Assembly (NCBI GenBank): GCA_963644945.1
Contig: CAVIQK010000008.1
Coordinates: forward strand, 879 to 64,878
DNA: 64,000 nt
Direction: 5' to 3'
From: a bacterium
GTDB taxonomy: Bacteria > Bacillota > Clostridia > Christensenellales > DTU072
The translations under genes and the position numbers were made by a program. This document shows positions 11,026 through 21,420 of the stretch, piece by piece; positions within the stretch are counted from its first letter, which is position 1, and each line of letters starts with the position of its first letter. Below the pieces are notes generated by a model that ran no database searches, was not told the DNA's origin, and saw nothing but the letters and a program-made list of their open reading frames with translations.

Positions 11026-13451
11026 TATTTGACTTTTTTAAGTTCCCAAATTCTTTGTGCATATTCTTCTACCGATCTGTCGGCTGCGAAGAATCCTGCT
11101 TTGGCGGTGTTGACGATAGACATTCTGTTGAAACGGTATTTATCTCTATATGCTTTGTCTAGTTCGTTTTGCGCATCTACATAACTTGCAAAATCTTCTA
11201 GGCACATATAGGGATCGGCTACTCCGCCTCTGCCTATTGTCAAACTGTCGGCTACTTCGGAGAAACATACACCGTTGATTTCGCCTCTCAATTGGTCGAT
11301 TATACGGCGAATTCTTGCATCTTGCGAGTAGTGAATCGTGGGGTTGTATCCACGTCTCCAAAGTTCGTTGACTTCGGGTGTTCTCAAACCGAAAATAAAG
11401 ATATTTTCATCGCCGACTCTTTGGTGAATTTCCACGTTGGCTCCGTCTTCCGTACCCATTGTGACTGCACCGTTGATCATAAATTTCATGTTGCCCGTAC
11501 CCGATGCCTCTTTTCCTGCAATGGAAATTTGTTCGGACACTTCGCTTGCCGGCATGATGATTTCGGCAAGAGATACACGATAGTTTTCAAGGAACACGAC
11601 TTTGATTTTGTCTTTTATGGTCTTGTCGTTGTTGATTTGCTCTGAAAGCATGCAAATAAGTCTTATGACTTGTTTTGCCATGTAATAACTGGGCGCCGCT
11701 TTTGCTCCGAAAATGAATGTTCTAGGCACGATGTCGAGATCGGGATCGTCTTTTAGACGGTTGTATAGATCCATTATGTGTAGGACATTGAGGAGTTGAC
11801 GTTTATATTCGTGCAAACGTTTTACTTGGACGTCGAAAATCGAATCGGGGTTGATGTCTACACCGTTGGTCTTTTTGATATATTCGGCAAGGCGGACTTT
11901 GTTGTCCCTTTTGATTTTTGCCCATTTGTCGATAACTTCTTTGTTGTTTTGGTATTTGAGAAGTTTCTCAAGTTCGTCGGCATTGGTTTTCCAACCGGCA
12001 CCGATGAGTTCGGTTATGAGTTTTGAAAGTTCCGGATTGGCTTGTTCTAACCATCTTCTGTGGGTTATGCCGTTGGTGACGTTGGTGAACTTTTCGGGAT
12101 GAATATCGTGATAATCTTTGAACACGTCGTCGGTCAATATGTCGGAGTGAAGTTGGGAAACGCCGTTGACGGTGTGCGATGCGACAAGGCAAAGGTTCGC
12201 CATACGAATTTCTCCGTCAGATACCACTGCGTTTTTGGCGATTTTTTCCCATTGTCCCGGCCAGAAATTCCAAAGGTCTGCACAATATCTTCTGTTGATT
12301 TCGGAGACGATTTGGTCAATTCTCGGAAGAAGTGCTTGGAATAATTTTTGAGGCCATTTTTCAAGGGCTTCTTGCATGACGGTGTGGTTGGTATAAGAAA
12401 TCGTGCCTTTTACGATCTTCCATGCATCGTCCCATGCATAGCCGTAATCGTCAAGCAAAATACGCATGAGTTCGGGGATGCAAAGGGTGGGGTGAGTATC
12501 GTTGATGTGTATTGCAACATGCTCGGGAAGTGAATCAAGGCTCTTGTAGTCTTTGATATGTCTTTTTACAATGTGTTGCATTGATGCCGATACGAAGAAG
12601 TATTGTTGGCGAAGTCTGAGTGATTTGCCTTCGTAATGGTTGTCGGCAGGGTACAAAATCTTGGAGATGGCTTCTGCCATTGCTTTGGCTTCGACGGCTT
12701 TGAGATATTCGCCTTTTGAGAACAAGTTCATGTCGAGGGTGAGTTCTTGCGGAGGCTCTGCCGACCAAAGACGTAGGTTGTTGACGGCTTTTCCGCCATA
12801 ACCGGAAACGTTCATGTCATAAGGCACTGCTATGATCGGGCTATAATCTTTTTGGACAACGTGGAGTTTTCCGTCCACCCATTGTTCTTCGACGTGTCCG
12901 CCGAATTTGACTTCGAATTTGTCTTCTCCGGGGATAAGCCAAACCGATCCGCCGTCAAGCCATGTGTCGGGAAGTTCCATTTGCCATCCGTCAACTATTC
13001 TTTGTTTGAAAATACCGCAATCGTATCTTATCGAAAATCCGCCTGCTGCGTATCCTCTTGCGGTAAGGCTGTCTAGATATGCGGCTGCCAAACGACCTAG
13101 TCCGCCGTTGCCGAGACCTGCATCCGGTTCGATGTCGATGAGTTCGTCAATATCGAATCCCATTTCTTTGACGACATCTTTACATTCGTCAAAAAGTCCT
13201 ATGTTGAAAAGGTGGTTTTTGAGCGATCTCCCGAGAAGGAACTCCATCGACATGTAGTAGATCTTTTTGATGTGTTGCTTTTTGACTTTTGCCATAAACT
13301 CCGCACGATCGGATTGGAGCATATCTCTTACGACTAGGCACAAAGCATTGTACATCAACTTTTGGGTGGCATCTTCGTATCCGATGCCGTAGTTTTGTGC
13401 AAGTTTCTTTTCAATAAGTGATTTTAGTTCTGTCTTAGTAGGTTTTATCAT
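11025..13451 (-). CDS. glgP: glycogen/maltodextrin phosphorylase
   Basis: 808 aa. PLP-lysine motif EASGTGNMKFMINGA. GT35-length protein. Confidence 0.95.
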   Translation of the reverse strand: MIKPTKTELKSLIEKKLAQNYGIGYEDATQKLMYNALCLVVRDMLQSDRAEFMAKVKKQHIKKIYYMSMEFLLGRSLKNHLFNIGLFDECKDVVKEMGFDIDELIDIEPDAGLGNGGLGRLAAAYLDSLTARGYAAGGFSIRYDCGIFKQRIVDGWQMELPDTWLDGGSVWLIPGEDKFEVKFGGHVEEQWVDGKLHVVQKDYSPIIAVPYDMNVSGYGGKAVNNLRLWSAEPPQELTLDMNLFSKGEYLKAVEAKAMAEAISKILYPADNHYEGKSLRLRQQYFFVSASMQHIVKRHIKDYKSLDSLPEHVAIHINDTHPTLCIPELMRILLDDYGYAWDDAWKIVKGTISYTNHTVMQEALEKWPQKLFQALLPRIDQIVSEINRRYCADLWNFWPGQWEKIAKNAVVSDGEIRMANLCLVASHTVNGVSQLHSDILTDDVFKDYHDIHPEKFTNVTNGITHRRWLEQANPELSKLITELIGAGWKTNADELEKLLKYQNNKEVIDKWAKIKRDNKVRLAEYIKKTNGVDINPDSIFDVQVKRLHEYKRQLLNVLHIMDLYNRLKDDPDLDIVPRTFIFGAKAAPSYYMAKQVIRLICMLSEQINNDKTIKDKIKVVFLENYRVSLAEIIMPASEVSEQISIAGKEASGTGNMKFMINGAVTMGTEDGANVEIHQRVGDENIFIFGLRTPEVNELWRRGYNPTIHYSQDARIRRIIDQLRGEINGVCFSEVADSLTIGRGGVADPYMCLEDFASYVDAQNELDKAYRDKYRFNRMSIVNTAKAGFFAADRSVEEYAQRIWELKKVK

Positions 13452-13479
13452 TTATCTCTCCGTATTTATATAAATTTGT

Positions 13480-14901
13480 TTAATTGAATAACGATTTGTA
13501 AAGGTTGATATATTCTTTCGCCGATTGGTTCCAAGAATAATCTGCGGACATTGCATTGCTTCTGACTTTTGCCCATTCGGTCGGGTTGTAATAGACGGCA
13601 AGCGCACGATGGACGGCATCAAGCATGTCGTGTGCGTTGTAACTCTTGAAGGTAAAGCCCGTACCCGTTTTGGTGGTGGGGTTGTAGGGGATAACCGTAT
13701 CTTTGAGTCCGCCCGTTTCTCTTACGATGGGGACGTTGCCGTATCTCATTGCCATCAATTGCGAAAGTCCGCAAGGCTCGTATTTGGACGGCATCAAGAA
13801 CATGTCGCAACCCGAATAGATTTTGGATGCGATATCTTGTGAGAACGATATTATTGCCGATAGTTTATTGGGGAAACGATTTTGGAGTTCTCTAAAATCT
13901 TTCTCGTATTTCCAGTCGCCTGTTCCTAAAACTACCATTTGAATATCTTGATATAAAATGTCTTCGATGACGTTCATGACAAGGTCGATGCCTTTTTGCG
14001 ACGTAAGTCTTGTGACCATCGACAAAATGGGTTTGTCGACAACGGGAAGATTGAGAAGGCGTTGGAGTCCTTCTTTGCATGCTTTACGTTTTTCGACAGT
14101 TTTTAGGTCGTAATTTTCAAACAAGAATTTGTCGGTGGCAGGGTTGTATAGATCGGTGTCTATGCCGTTGACTATGCCATGAATTTTATATTTTCTTTGC
14201 GAAAGGATGCTTTCGAGTCCGTATGCATAATAAGGATGCATGATTTCTTCGGCATAGGTCCTAGAAACCGTCGTGACCGCATTGGCACACTCGATGCCAC
14301 CTTTTAGCATGTTGGCGTCGTTTTTGTATTCTACTAGGGATGCATGTCTTTCGGGAAGGCCGAAAACGTCACCTATTACGAATTTGTCCATCGCTCCTTG
14401 GAATTCGATGTTGTGGATAGTAAGGACGGTTTTGATATTTTCGTATCCTCTTATTTGACGATAGAAGCAATCAAGCATTACAGGAATAAGGGCTGTTTGC
14501 CAATCGTTGACGTGGATGACGTCGGGATAGAATCCCATAAGGGGCATTATTTCGAGGACGGCTCTTGAAAAGAATGCAAAACGCTCGCCGTCGTCAAAAT
14601 GACCGTATAACTCATTTCTTTTGAAATAATATTCGTTGTCGATGAAGAAGTATTTGACCGATCCCATTGACAAAGTAAAAAGTCCCGCATATTGTTTTCT
14701 CCAGCCTACCGGTACATATACGCTACCGATAAACTCCATAATAGAACGGAACTTTTCAGGAATGTTTTGATATAAAGGAAGCACGACGGCTACTTCCATA
14801 CCCTCTTTTTGTAGTGCTATAGGTAAGGCTCCTGCCACGTCTCCCAAACCGCCGGTCCTAATGAAGGGACCTGCTTCGCTTGTTGCAAACAAAATTTTCA
14901 T
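13480..14901 (-). CDS. glgA: glycogen synthase (GT5)
   Basis: N-terminal KILFATSEAGPFIRTGGLGDV (K-T-G-G-L type motif). 473 aa. GGAGG SD. Confidence 0.9.
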   Translation of the reverse strand: MKILFATSEAGPFIRTGGLGDVAGALPIALQKEGMEVAVVLPLYQNIPEKFRSIMEFIGSVYVPVGWRKQYAGLFTLSMGSVKYFFIDNEYYFKRNELYGHFDDGERFAFFSRAVLEIMPLMGFYPDVIHVNDWQTALIPVMLDCFYRQIRGYENIKTVLTIHNIEFQGAMDKFVIGDVFGLPERHASLVEYKNDANMLKGGIECANAVTTVSRTYAEEIMHPYYAYGLESILSQRKYKIHGIVNGIDTDLYNPATDKFLFENYDLKTVEKRKACKEGLQRLLNLPVVDKPILSMVTRLTSQKGIDLVMNVIEDILYQDIQMVVLGTGDWKYEKDFRELQNRFPNKLSAIISFSQDIASKIYSGCDMFLMPSKYEPCGLSQLMAMRYGNVPIVRETGGLKDTVIPYNPTTKTGTGFTFKSYNAHDMLDAVHRALAVYYNPTEWAKVRSNAMSADYSWNQSAKEYINLYKSLFN

Positions 14902-15043
14902 ATTGTCGTACCTCCGATATAAAAAGTTTTGAGTGGGTGTCGATTGTCAAGTTGACCGTAATTCGACATACTACCATTTGGAATTATACACCCAAAATAT
15001 ACCAAAATCAAGAGTTATAATATAAATATATTATACATTGAAT

Positions 15044-15070
15044 AAAAAAGTCGGCAAAACTTCGCCGACT
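15044..15070 (-). terminator. rho-independent terminator ending the GH5/acyltransferase operon
   Basis: The minus strand reads AGTCGGCGAAGTTTTGCCGACTTTTTT: GTCGGC/GCCGAC stem followed by a U-run. Confidence 0.7.
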
Positions 15071-15219
15071 GTACTAAATAATTGTATTTTTTTGTTGAAC
15101 TCGACTTTATTCGTGAATATCGAGTATATCGAGAATTTTCTTAAACGTGTCTTTCCTCATGTTATCTTTACTTATTATACCGAAGTTAAGGGAAAAAGTA
15201 AAGATTATGTGTTGGGGAA

Positions 15220-16500
15220 TTATATTTTGGTGAGTTCTAAAAGTTCGGTTTCAAAAATATCGAAAAACTTTTCGATGATTTCGACGTCCTCTTTTCCGCC
15301 TTTTATGGCTATCACGAAGGACGGTTTTTGTTCAAATGTCGTGGTGGAAAGTTGCATGAACGGTTTATATTTGACGGCTCCGGTCATGAAGGCATCTTTT
15401 AGAGTCGCACCGTTTAACGAATAGTCTTCCTTTTTTAGTATGCCGATGTTGGACATACCGATGAGAGGGTTGACGTAGCCGATAGAGATGGCGATTTCTG
15501 CGATGACTTGGGGGAAAACTTTGTACGCAAGTGAAAGTAAAGGTAGGCTGTATAAGCCTAAAAAACGGTCCCTTTTGGCTTCTTCTAGCGATTTTTTGAC
15601 TCTTTCTAGCGTTTCGAGAGAGGTTTCTCCTACTCCGTCAAGTTTTGACACCATAAAGCCGGTGTGATTGGTGATGCCTGTTGTCTCGCCACCGTCTTTT
15701 AGGTGCCGACGAAGGTCTATCATGCAAGGGATGGCGACGGTGTCTTCTTTGTTGTAGTTGCCTATTTCGTATAAGGCTCTAAAATATGCCGTCAAATACA
15801 TATCGTTGACGGTAGCGGAATGCTCTTTTCCTTTTTCTTTTAGTTTTGAAAAGGTGTTTTCGTCCACCACACGTCTGACTATCTTGATAGAATCTTGTTT
15901 TGATTTTTTCGCCCACGGGAATTTATGTTTGTCTTTTACGACCGACACGTTTTTGTATAGTCCGCCGGCTATTTTTTTGTCTTCGTCGCTCATGTGCGAA
16001 TATATCTCGGTATAAGATCTGTTGCCGTTTTTAATGTCAAATGTGGCGGGGGTGCCGTCTTGTAGAGCATTGTAGATCTCGAACAGTTTTTTGATGAGAT
16101 ATTTGGTGTCTCCGCCGTCTGCACACATGTGGTTGACCAACACGACAACCGCAAACTCGGTTTCGCCTTTTATGAGTCCTATTTTAATTTGGACGTTGGA
16201 CTTTTCGGAAACGGACTGACATGCAAAATTATTGGCATCTTCTTCTATATTTTTAGATTCCGATACTTCTAAAATCTCTCCGAGTTCATATTGCTTTACT
16301 ATCCAAAAAGGTGTAATCGGGCATGCCACAAAACGGCTATGTAGGACGGGAACTTTGGACACTAAAATATCTACGGACTTTTCGAAAAGCGTAGTATCTA
16401 CGGTGCCGTCAAAATAAAAAGTCGCATGTATAGTTTTGTCGTAATATCTTCTAAAAAGGTATTGGGCTTTGTCCCACATTTCGGCTTTTAGTAATTTCAT
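15220..16500 (-). CDS. condensation-domain-like acyltransferase (HxxxDG superfamily)
   Basis: About 426 aa, the size of a condensation domain. Motif VNHMCADGGD equals HxxxDG. ATG 16500 overlaps the upstream stop (ATGA) and is preceded by GGGGAG. The track start at 16551 would overlap the upstream gene. Confidence 0.5.
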   Translation of the reverse strand: MKLLKAEMWDKAQYLFRRYYDKTIHATFYFDGTVDTTLFEKSVDILVSKVPVLHSRFVACPITPFWIVKQYELGEILEVSESKNIEEDANNFACQSVSEKSNVQIKIGLIKGETEFAVVVLVNHMCADGGDTKYLIKKLFEIYNALQDGTPATFDIKNGNRSYTEIYSHMSDEDKKIAGGLYKNVSVVKDKHKFPWAKKSKQDSIKIVRRVVDENTFSKLKEKGKEHSATVNDMYLTAYFRALYEIGNYNKEDTVAIPCMIDLRRHLKDGGETTGITNHTGFMVSKLDGVGETSLETLERVKKSLEEAKRDRFLGLYSLPLLSLAYKVFPQVIAEIAISIGYVNPLIGMSNIGILKKEDYSLNGATLKDAFMTGAVKYKPFMQLSTTTFEQKPSFVIAIKGGKEDVEIIEKFFDIFETELLELTKI

Positions 16501-17189
16501 TTTTCTCCCCTTAACATTTCGCCCATTTCGTTGGCTCTCGTCTTGAACCACTCGGCTATTTCGTCGTCGGTTTTTCCTTCAAAATCGGTAAGATAATATG
16601 CCTTGTCGATGGCTACTTTGTTGTTCTCTTTGGCATAGTACATTGACACGATCGGAATGTCTTTTTTCATAGTCTTTTTATAAAGTTTTGCAAGCACTAC
16701 AAACCCTGAAAAATATTTGAGTAAAACATTGTGATATCCGCTAGACGAGTCTTCGGGGAAAATGAGAATGGACTTGCCGTCTTTGAGATATGCCATGCTC
16801 TTTTTCATCGTCCCCATGAGTCTAATATCTTTGTAGGTAGGGATGACTTGTATGCCTTTGTAAAAAGCACTCGTGATAGGGAGTGCAAAAATTGCCAAAA
16901 TCAAGGACACGAATTTACTGTGACCGAACTTGACTCTAAAATAGACGTTTTTGAGGTAGTCAAAACGTCCCTTTACGTTTAGGCACATTTCATAAGTCCC
17001 CCAAACGTATTTTTGTCTGGGGAGATATAACTCGTGTCTTGTGGGGCCTTTGGCTCCTACGTGGTTGGATATAAAAATTGCTTGTTCGGGGATTTCGTCT
17101 CCCAAATTGACGACTTCGGGAGCCTTGACAAACAATTTCATTATTTTCTTTACAAACTTAAAAAATGGTTTTCTGGTGGAATCTTGCAT
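16497..17189 (-). CDS. lysophospholipid acyltransferase (PlsC/LPLAT)-like protein, degenerate motif I
   Basis: 230 aa. SNHVGAKG resembles NHxxxxD with the Asp replaced. ILIFPEDSSSG resembles the FPEG block. Confidence 0.4.
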   Translation of the reverse strand: MQDSTRKPFFKFVKKIMKLFVKAPEVVNLGDEIPEQAIFISNHVGAKGPTRHELYLPRQKYVWGTYEMCLNVKGRFDYLKNVYFRVKFGHSKFVSLILAIFALPITSAFYKGIQVIPTYKDIRLMGTMKKSMAYLKDGKSILIFPEDSSSGYHNVLLKYFSGFVVLAKLYKKTMKKDIPIVSMYYAKENNKVAIDKAYYLTDFEGKTDDEIAEWFKTRANEMGEMLRGEK

Positions 17190-17190
17190 G

Positions 17191-18696
17191 TTAGAATTTT
17201 AGACTTATTTTCCTTTCTCCGTTGTTTGCCGTAATGTTTATAAACACTCTTTCGAACTTTTCTTCGATCTCGTAGGTGCCGTCAACTACTATCTCTTTTG
17301 GCATTTCTTTCATCGACAAGACGGTAGGCACGTTGGAAGAAACGATGTAGGTCATATCGAAAGTGCCGTTTTCTTTGTCGTACTCAAAAGATGTGATTTC
17401 GCCGGCTGTCGCTACGGGGTAGGGACGATCGGTAATGTCATAAACATTGGGTATAGAATATATTATATCTTTTGACGAAAAATAGCAATTACTCCACTGT
17501 CTTTTGTCAAGTTCTTCGGTGATGTGTTCGATATGTTTTAGCCATTCGTCACCGTTGAAACAGGTGCATCCCCACTCGCCTAAAATGACGGGGACGTTAA
17601 GGCGTGACTGCGAATTTTGGTGGCTGTCGAGCATGTAGTCAAGACGGGCATCGGATGCGTAATTGTAGTCGTCGGTATCTACCATAAAATCGTAAGCATG
17701 AGGGGCAAAACATTGATTGGGTTCTACCTTGTCTCCGTTGTTTGCGGGGCCTCCGAAATAAGGGATGCCGATGTTGCACCAATAACTGTTGGACACTACT
17801 ATTAAGCCTTGATCGGTCACTTCTCGCATGGCGGTGGTCATCTTATTGATAAAGGGATTGTGATACTCCAAATCAAATTTTTTCATGATTTTGCCGGCAC
17901 CCTTGGATGCTTTTTTCAGTGCATCGGGGGTGATGCAGTCGTAAGCCGTTTTGTTGTCGCCTTTGATAAAGGACGAGATGAGTTTTATTGTCCTAAATTT
18001 GGGATCGAAAAGGGCTTCTTTTATGACTCCGCCTAGCACTTTGCGAAAGACTTTTGTGCCGAGACTTCCGGGGAACGGCTCGTTCATAAAGTCAAAACCG
18101 AAGAAGTTTTCTTTGTCTTTAACCTTGTACAAAATCTCTTTTATCATGAGGGCATATCTGTCTTGTAGTCCCATGCCGTCAACTTCGCTGTTTTGCCAAA
18201 ACGCATCAAAACACTCGGCTACGGGTTTTCCGAAAAAGTAAGGTTCTGCCCAAATGCCAAAACGGGGAGATTTGTAGACTCTGCCCTTTTTCATTTTGCA
18301 CGCCCACGAAGGCGCTCCGTCGCCTATACCGTTGCCAAATCCCGAATATAGGTCTTGGTGAATATCGATAAAAATATAGATGCCGTAGCGAGCAGCCACG
18401 TCAAAAACGTCTGCGATGTTTTGGAGATATTCTTGGTTGTACTCGCCCATTTTCGGCTCGATTCCGTCCCATGTCACACCTAGACGCATGAGATTGAAGC
18501 CTTTTTTCGCAAGTGTCTTATAAAAATTGTCATCGGTAGGGAATCCGTATGTACGGGGCGCAGTCAAATCGGTCGCCTTGTTTCTTGATGTCCAATCGGT
18601 CAAATCGTTGTAACCTTTATCAATAAAATTGACGCCGTGAAAAATTCTTGTCCTTCCTAATTCATCGACAAATCGGGGGCCTTTTGCATAAAACAT
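17191..18696 (-). CDS. glycoside hydrolase family 5, endoglycoceramidase-like, no signal peptide
   Basis: GH5 acid/base FMNEP and nucleophile LGEWG. The IDIHQDLYS...GDGAPSWA block is reminiscent of endoglycoceramidase-type GH5. AAGGAG SD. Confidence 0.7.
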   Translation of the reverse strand: MFYAKGPRFVDELGRTRIFHGVNFIDKGYNDLTDWTSRNKATDLTAPRTYGFPTDDNFYKTLAKKGFNLMRLGVTWDGIEPKMGEYNQEYLQNIADVFDVAARYGIYIFIDIHQDLYSGFGNGIGDGAPSWACKMKKGRVYKSPRFGIWAEPYFFGKPVAECFDAFWQNSEVDGMGLQDRYALMIKEILYKVKDKENFFGFDFMNEPFPGSLGTKVFRKVLGGVIKEALFDPKFRTIKLISSFIKGDNKTAYDCITPDALKKASKGAGKIMKKFDLEYHNPFINKMTTAMREVTDQGLIVVSNSYWCNIGIPYFGGPANNGDKVEPNQCFAPHAYDFMVDTDDYNYASDARLDYMLDSHQNSQSRLNVPVILGEWGCTCFNGDEWLKHIEHITEELDKRQWSNCYFSSKDIIYSIPNVYDITDRPYPVATAGEITSFEYDKENGTFDMTYIVSSNVPTVLSMKEMPKEIVVDGTYEIEEKFERVFINITANNGERKISLKF

Positions 18697-18770
18697 AGTA
18701 AACAGTCTCCTTATTTTGTTATATATATATTATACAAAAAATTACATCTCAATTCAATAGTCAAAATTCC

Positions 18771-18796
18771 AAACAAAAACCGGTGTCTCCACCGGT
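18771..18796 (-). terminator. rho-independent terminator after the hybrid histidine kinase
   Basis: ACCGGTG-GAGA-CACCGGT on the minus strand, followed by TTTTTGTTT. Confidence 0.7.
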
Positions 18797-18822
18797 CTAT
18801 TGCTTTTTTGTGCTTTTGTTTA

Positions 18823-21420
18823 CTAGCGGCTCGACAATTCGTGCAGAACGTGCTCTAATGCCGTAATATCGAGCGGTTTTGCGATATGGGCATCCATGCC
18901 TGCATCAAGACACTCTTGAACGTCAGAGGTAAAAGCATTGGCGGTCATGGCTATTATGGGGATGGTTTTGCCCAAAGGATTGTCGCCCTTCCTTATTGCT
19001 TTGGTGGCATCGAGTCCGTTCATTATAGGCATTTGGATGTCGAGAAGAAGGGCATCGAAATCGCCTTCTTTGACAGTTGCGAAGGCTTTGACAAGTTCTT
19101 CGCCGTTGGGATATACCACACAACTTGCTCCTTGTAAGTTGAGAAGTGCCTCCAAAATCTCGGCATTGAGTTCGTTGTCTTCGGCACACAGGAAACGTTT
19201 TCCGCTGATTATCGAGTGGGTTTCTTTGTCAGGTTTTGCAATGTTTTTGTCGGAGCGGTCAATTGCGAAAATAAGGTTTTCGACAAAGAAGGGACGTGCG
19301 ATCAGTCCGTCAACTCCGCTTGACATGATCATGTCTTTGATTTGATCTTTGTGGACATAGTCGCAACAGAATATAAACTTGGCATTTTTAGATACCGTCC
19401 GCAAGGTTTCGATGGTCTTTACAAGAAGGTCTTTTTCGAGATAACCGGACAAAATAATCGTGTCGATTTGTTCTTCCCCGAGTATGTCTAAAGCCTTTTC
19501 GGTGCTATCTCCTACTACGAGTTGTACGGGGCTATATTTTAGAGCCGCTCGCACGTTTTTGGCAAGCTGCTCTTCGCTTGTCACTAAAAGCATCTTTTCG
19601 ATGCCTGTGACCTTAGGTGCATCGATGTCTATCGGTAGGGTGAGAGTGATGTCAAAACGAGTCCCTTTGTCCTTTTGGCTGTCCACTTCTATTTTCCCGC
19701 CCATAAGGTCTATGATATTTTTGGTGATGGACAGTCCGAGTCCCGTACCGCCTATTCTGTTGGTGACGGAATTTTCTTCTCTTTGGAAAGGCTCGAACAT
19801 GTGTCTTTGGAATTCTTCGCTCATGCCGTAACCGTTGTCAATAACAGAAGTTTTGATTGTGGCAAAACCATCTATATCGCAAGGAAGTTCTTTTAGTTCG
19901 AATTGAACAAGTCCGCCGTTAGGGGTATATTTGACGGCATTTGACAAGAGATTGAGGAAAACTTGTCTTAATCTGATACTGTCGCTTATTAGATATTCGT
20001 GAGATATTTCATAGACTCTTACCACGAATTGATGATTTTTGTCGTTGCATTGCGCTCTGATAATACTTTCGATTTGTCCGACTTGCTCGGCAAGTTTTAC
20101 AGGCTCCTCGTTGAGATGAACGTCGCCCGACTCTATTAGACTCATATCCAAAATATCGTTGATAAGTCCTAACATGTACTGACCGGAGTGCTGTAATTTT
20201 CCTATATAATAAGAGAGTTTTTCGGGGTTGTCCAACTCGTTGGACATCAAGTTGGCAACACCTAAAATGGCGTTCATCGGGGTGCGAATATCGTGCGACA
20301 TGTTGGCAAGGAATTGGCTCTTGGCTTTGGTCGCATATTTCGCCACTTCGAGGGCTTTTTCGGTTTCTTGCTGTTGAACTTTTAGTTGGTCGTTGGTGGT
20401 AGATAGTTCCTTTTCGTGTTCGGCATTGACTTTCAAAAGTTCGGTTGTCTTTTGCATACGAACAAGAATTACGGCAATCACTGTCGCCAAAATAATGAGG
20501 ATGCTACAAACGCCTGCGATTATTCCTAAAATCGAATAAACCATGGCGGTGGACGAGACGGCAACGTCGCTCGCCGATACGACAAGAAGTACGCCCCAGT
20601 CGTATGAGGGAAAACGGTTGTATACTATAAAATATTTTTCGCCATAGGCTTCTAGATTCGTACAGACGGTTGCTCCGTCGTAGGCGTCCCTCTTTAATTC
20701 TTCGACGGACAGATGGGTATCGGTGGCTTCTGTTTTGATAAAATTAAAAATGTTTTTTCCTTGATATGCCCATTTTTCGAGAGAGCCGTTTTCGAACAAG
20801 ATAAATCCGTCTTCGTCGATGACATAGGAAACGTTTTCATCGTTGAAGGTGGACGAACGAAAGAACTCTTGCATGTCGGTCATGGAACGGAGCAAAACTA
20901 CGTGTTCTATTTTGTGTCCGTCAACAAAAAGGTCGGTGTCCATTTTGGTGACAAATGCCATATAGTTTTCGTTGTCTGCCCAGTTGACAATAATAAAACT
21001 TTGTTGTAAAGGCTCGGTCGGATCAAGAGATGAATTGCCTACCCAAGATCCTTGCCTACCTTTGTCCGTAAAATAATAACCGTCTTCGTCTATCAGTCTA
21101 TATTTGATGACTTTGCCGAAAGGGGCAAGTTCGTCTTCATAATGATTGAGTAGTTCTACTGCTTCGTCTGACGTAAGAGTATGCATAGCATTGAGTTTTG
21201 ACTGCAATTTTTTGATAAAGTCCCATTGCAATTCGAGTTGGATATTGAGTCTTTCAAAAAGTTGGTCGGAAAGTTCGGTAAGTTGGGTTGCGGACTCTTC
21301 GTAAAGTTGGTTGTCGGTATATATGTAAAAAACACCGATAGCCGTCCCCAAGACGGCTATAAACAATGCTATAAGAAGTATGTATGTGATTCTTCTTTTT
21401 GTGGTCTTTTTATCTTTCAT
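18823..21420 (-). CDS. hybrid sensor histidine kinase/response regulator with large extracytoplasmic sensor domain
   Basis: Two TM helices flank an ectodomain of about 260 aa. H-box SHDIRTPMNAI, N-box LLSNAVKYTPNGG, G-boxes DNGYGM and GGTGLGLSI. A degenerate receiver-like domain is followed by a canonical receiver (LLLDIQMPIMNG...IIAMTANAF). Confidence 0.9.
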   Translation of the reverse strand: MKDKKTTKRRITYILLIALFIAVLGTAIGVFYIYTDNQLYEESATQLTELSDQLFERLNIQLELQWDFIKKLQSKLNAMHTLTSDEAVELLNHYEDELAPFGKVIKYRLIDEDGYYFTDKGRQGSWVGNSSLDPTEPLQQSFIIVNWADNENYMAFVTKMDTDLFVDGHKIEHVVLLRSMTDMQEFFRSSTFNDENVSYVIDEDGFILFENGSLEKWAYQGKNIFNFIKTEATDTHLSVEELKRDAYDGATVCTNLEAYGEKYFIVYNRFPSYDWGVLLVVSASDVAVSSTAMVYSILGIIAGVCSILIILATVIAVILVRMQKTTELLKVNAEHEKELSTTNDQLKVQQQETEKALEVAKYATKAKSQFLANMSHDIRTPMNAILGVANLMSNELDNPEKLSYYIGKLQHSGQYMLGLINDILDMSLIESGDVHLNEEPVKLAEQVGQIESIIRAQCNDKNHQFVVRVYEISHEYLISDSIRLRQVFLNLLSNAVKYTPNGGLVQFELKELPCDIDGFATIKTSVIDNGYGMSEEFQRHMFEPFQREENSVTNRIGGTGLGLSITKNIIDLMGGKIEVDSQKDKGTRFDITLTLPIDIDAPKVTGIEKMLLVTSEEQLAKNVRAALKYSPVQLVVGDSTEKALDILGEEQIDTIILSGYLEKDLLVKTIETLRTVSKNAKFIFCCDYVHKDQIKDMIMSSGVDGLIARPFFVENLIFAIDRSDKNIAKPDKETHSIISGKRFLCAEDNELNAEILEALLNLQGASCVVYPNGEELVKAFATVKEGDFDALLLDIQMPIMNGLDATKAIRKGDNPLGKTIPIIAMTANAFTSDVQECLDAGMDAHIAKPLDITALEHVLHELSSR

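Noticed and set aside
15038-15424. 128-aa plus-strand ORF spanning the 15.0-15.2 kb spacer
   Set aside because: It runs through a minus-strand terminator hairpin and then antisense into the acyltransferase gene. No SD. A 9-bp inverted repeat at about 15164-15202 was also noted, but it lacks a U-run or conserved context.
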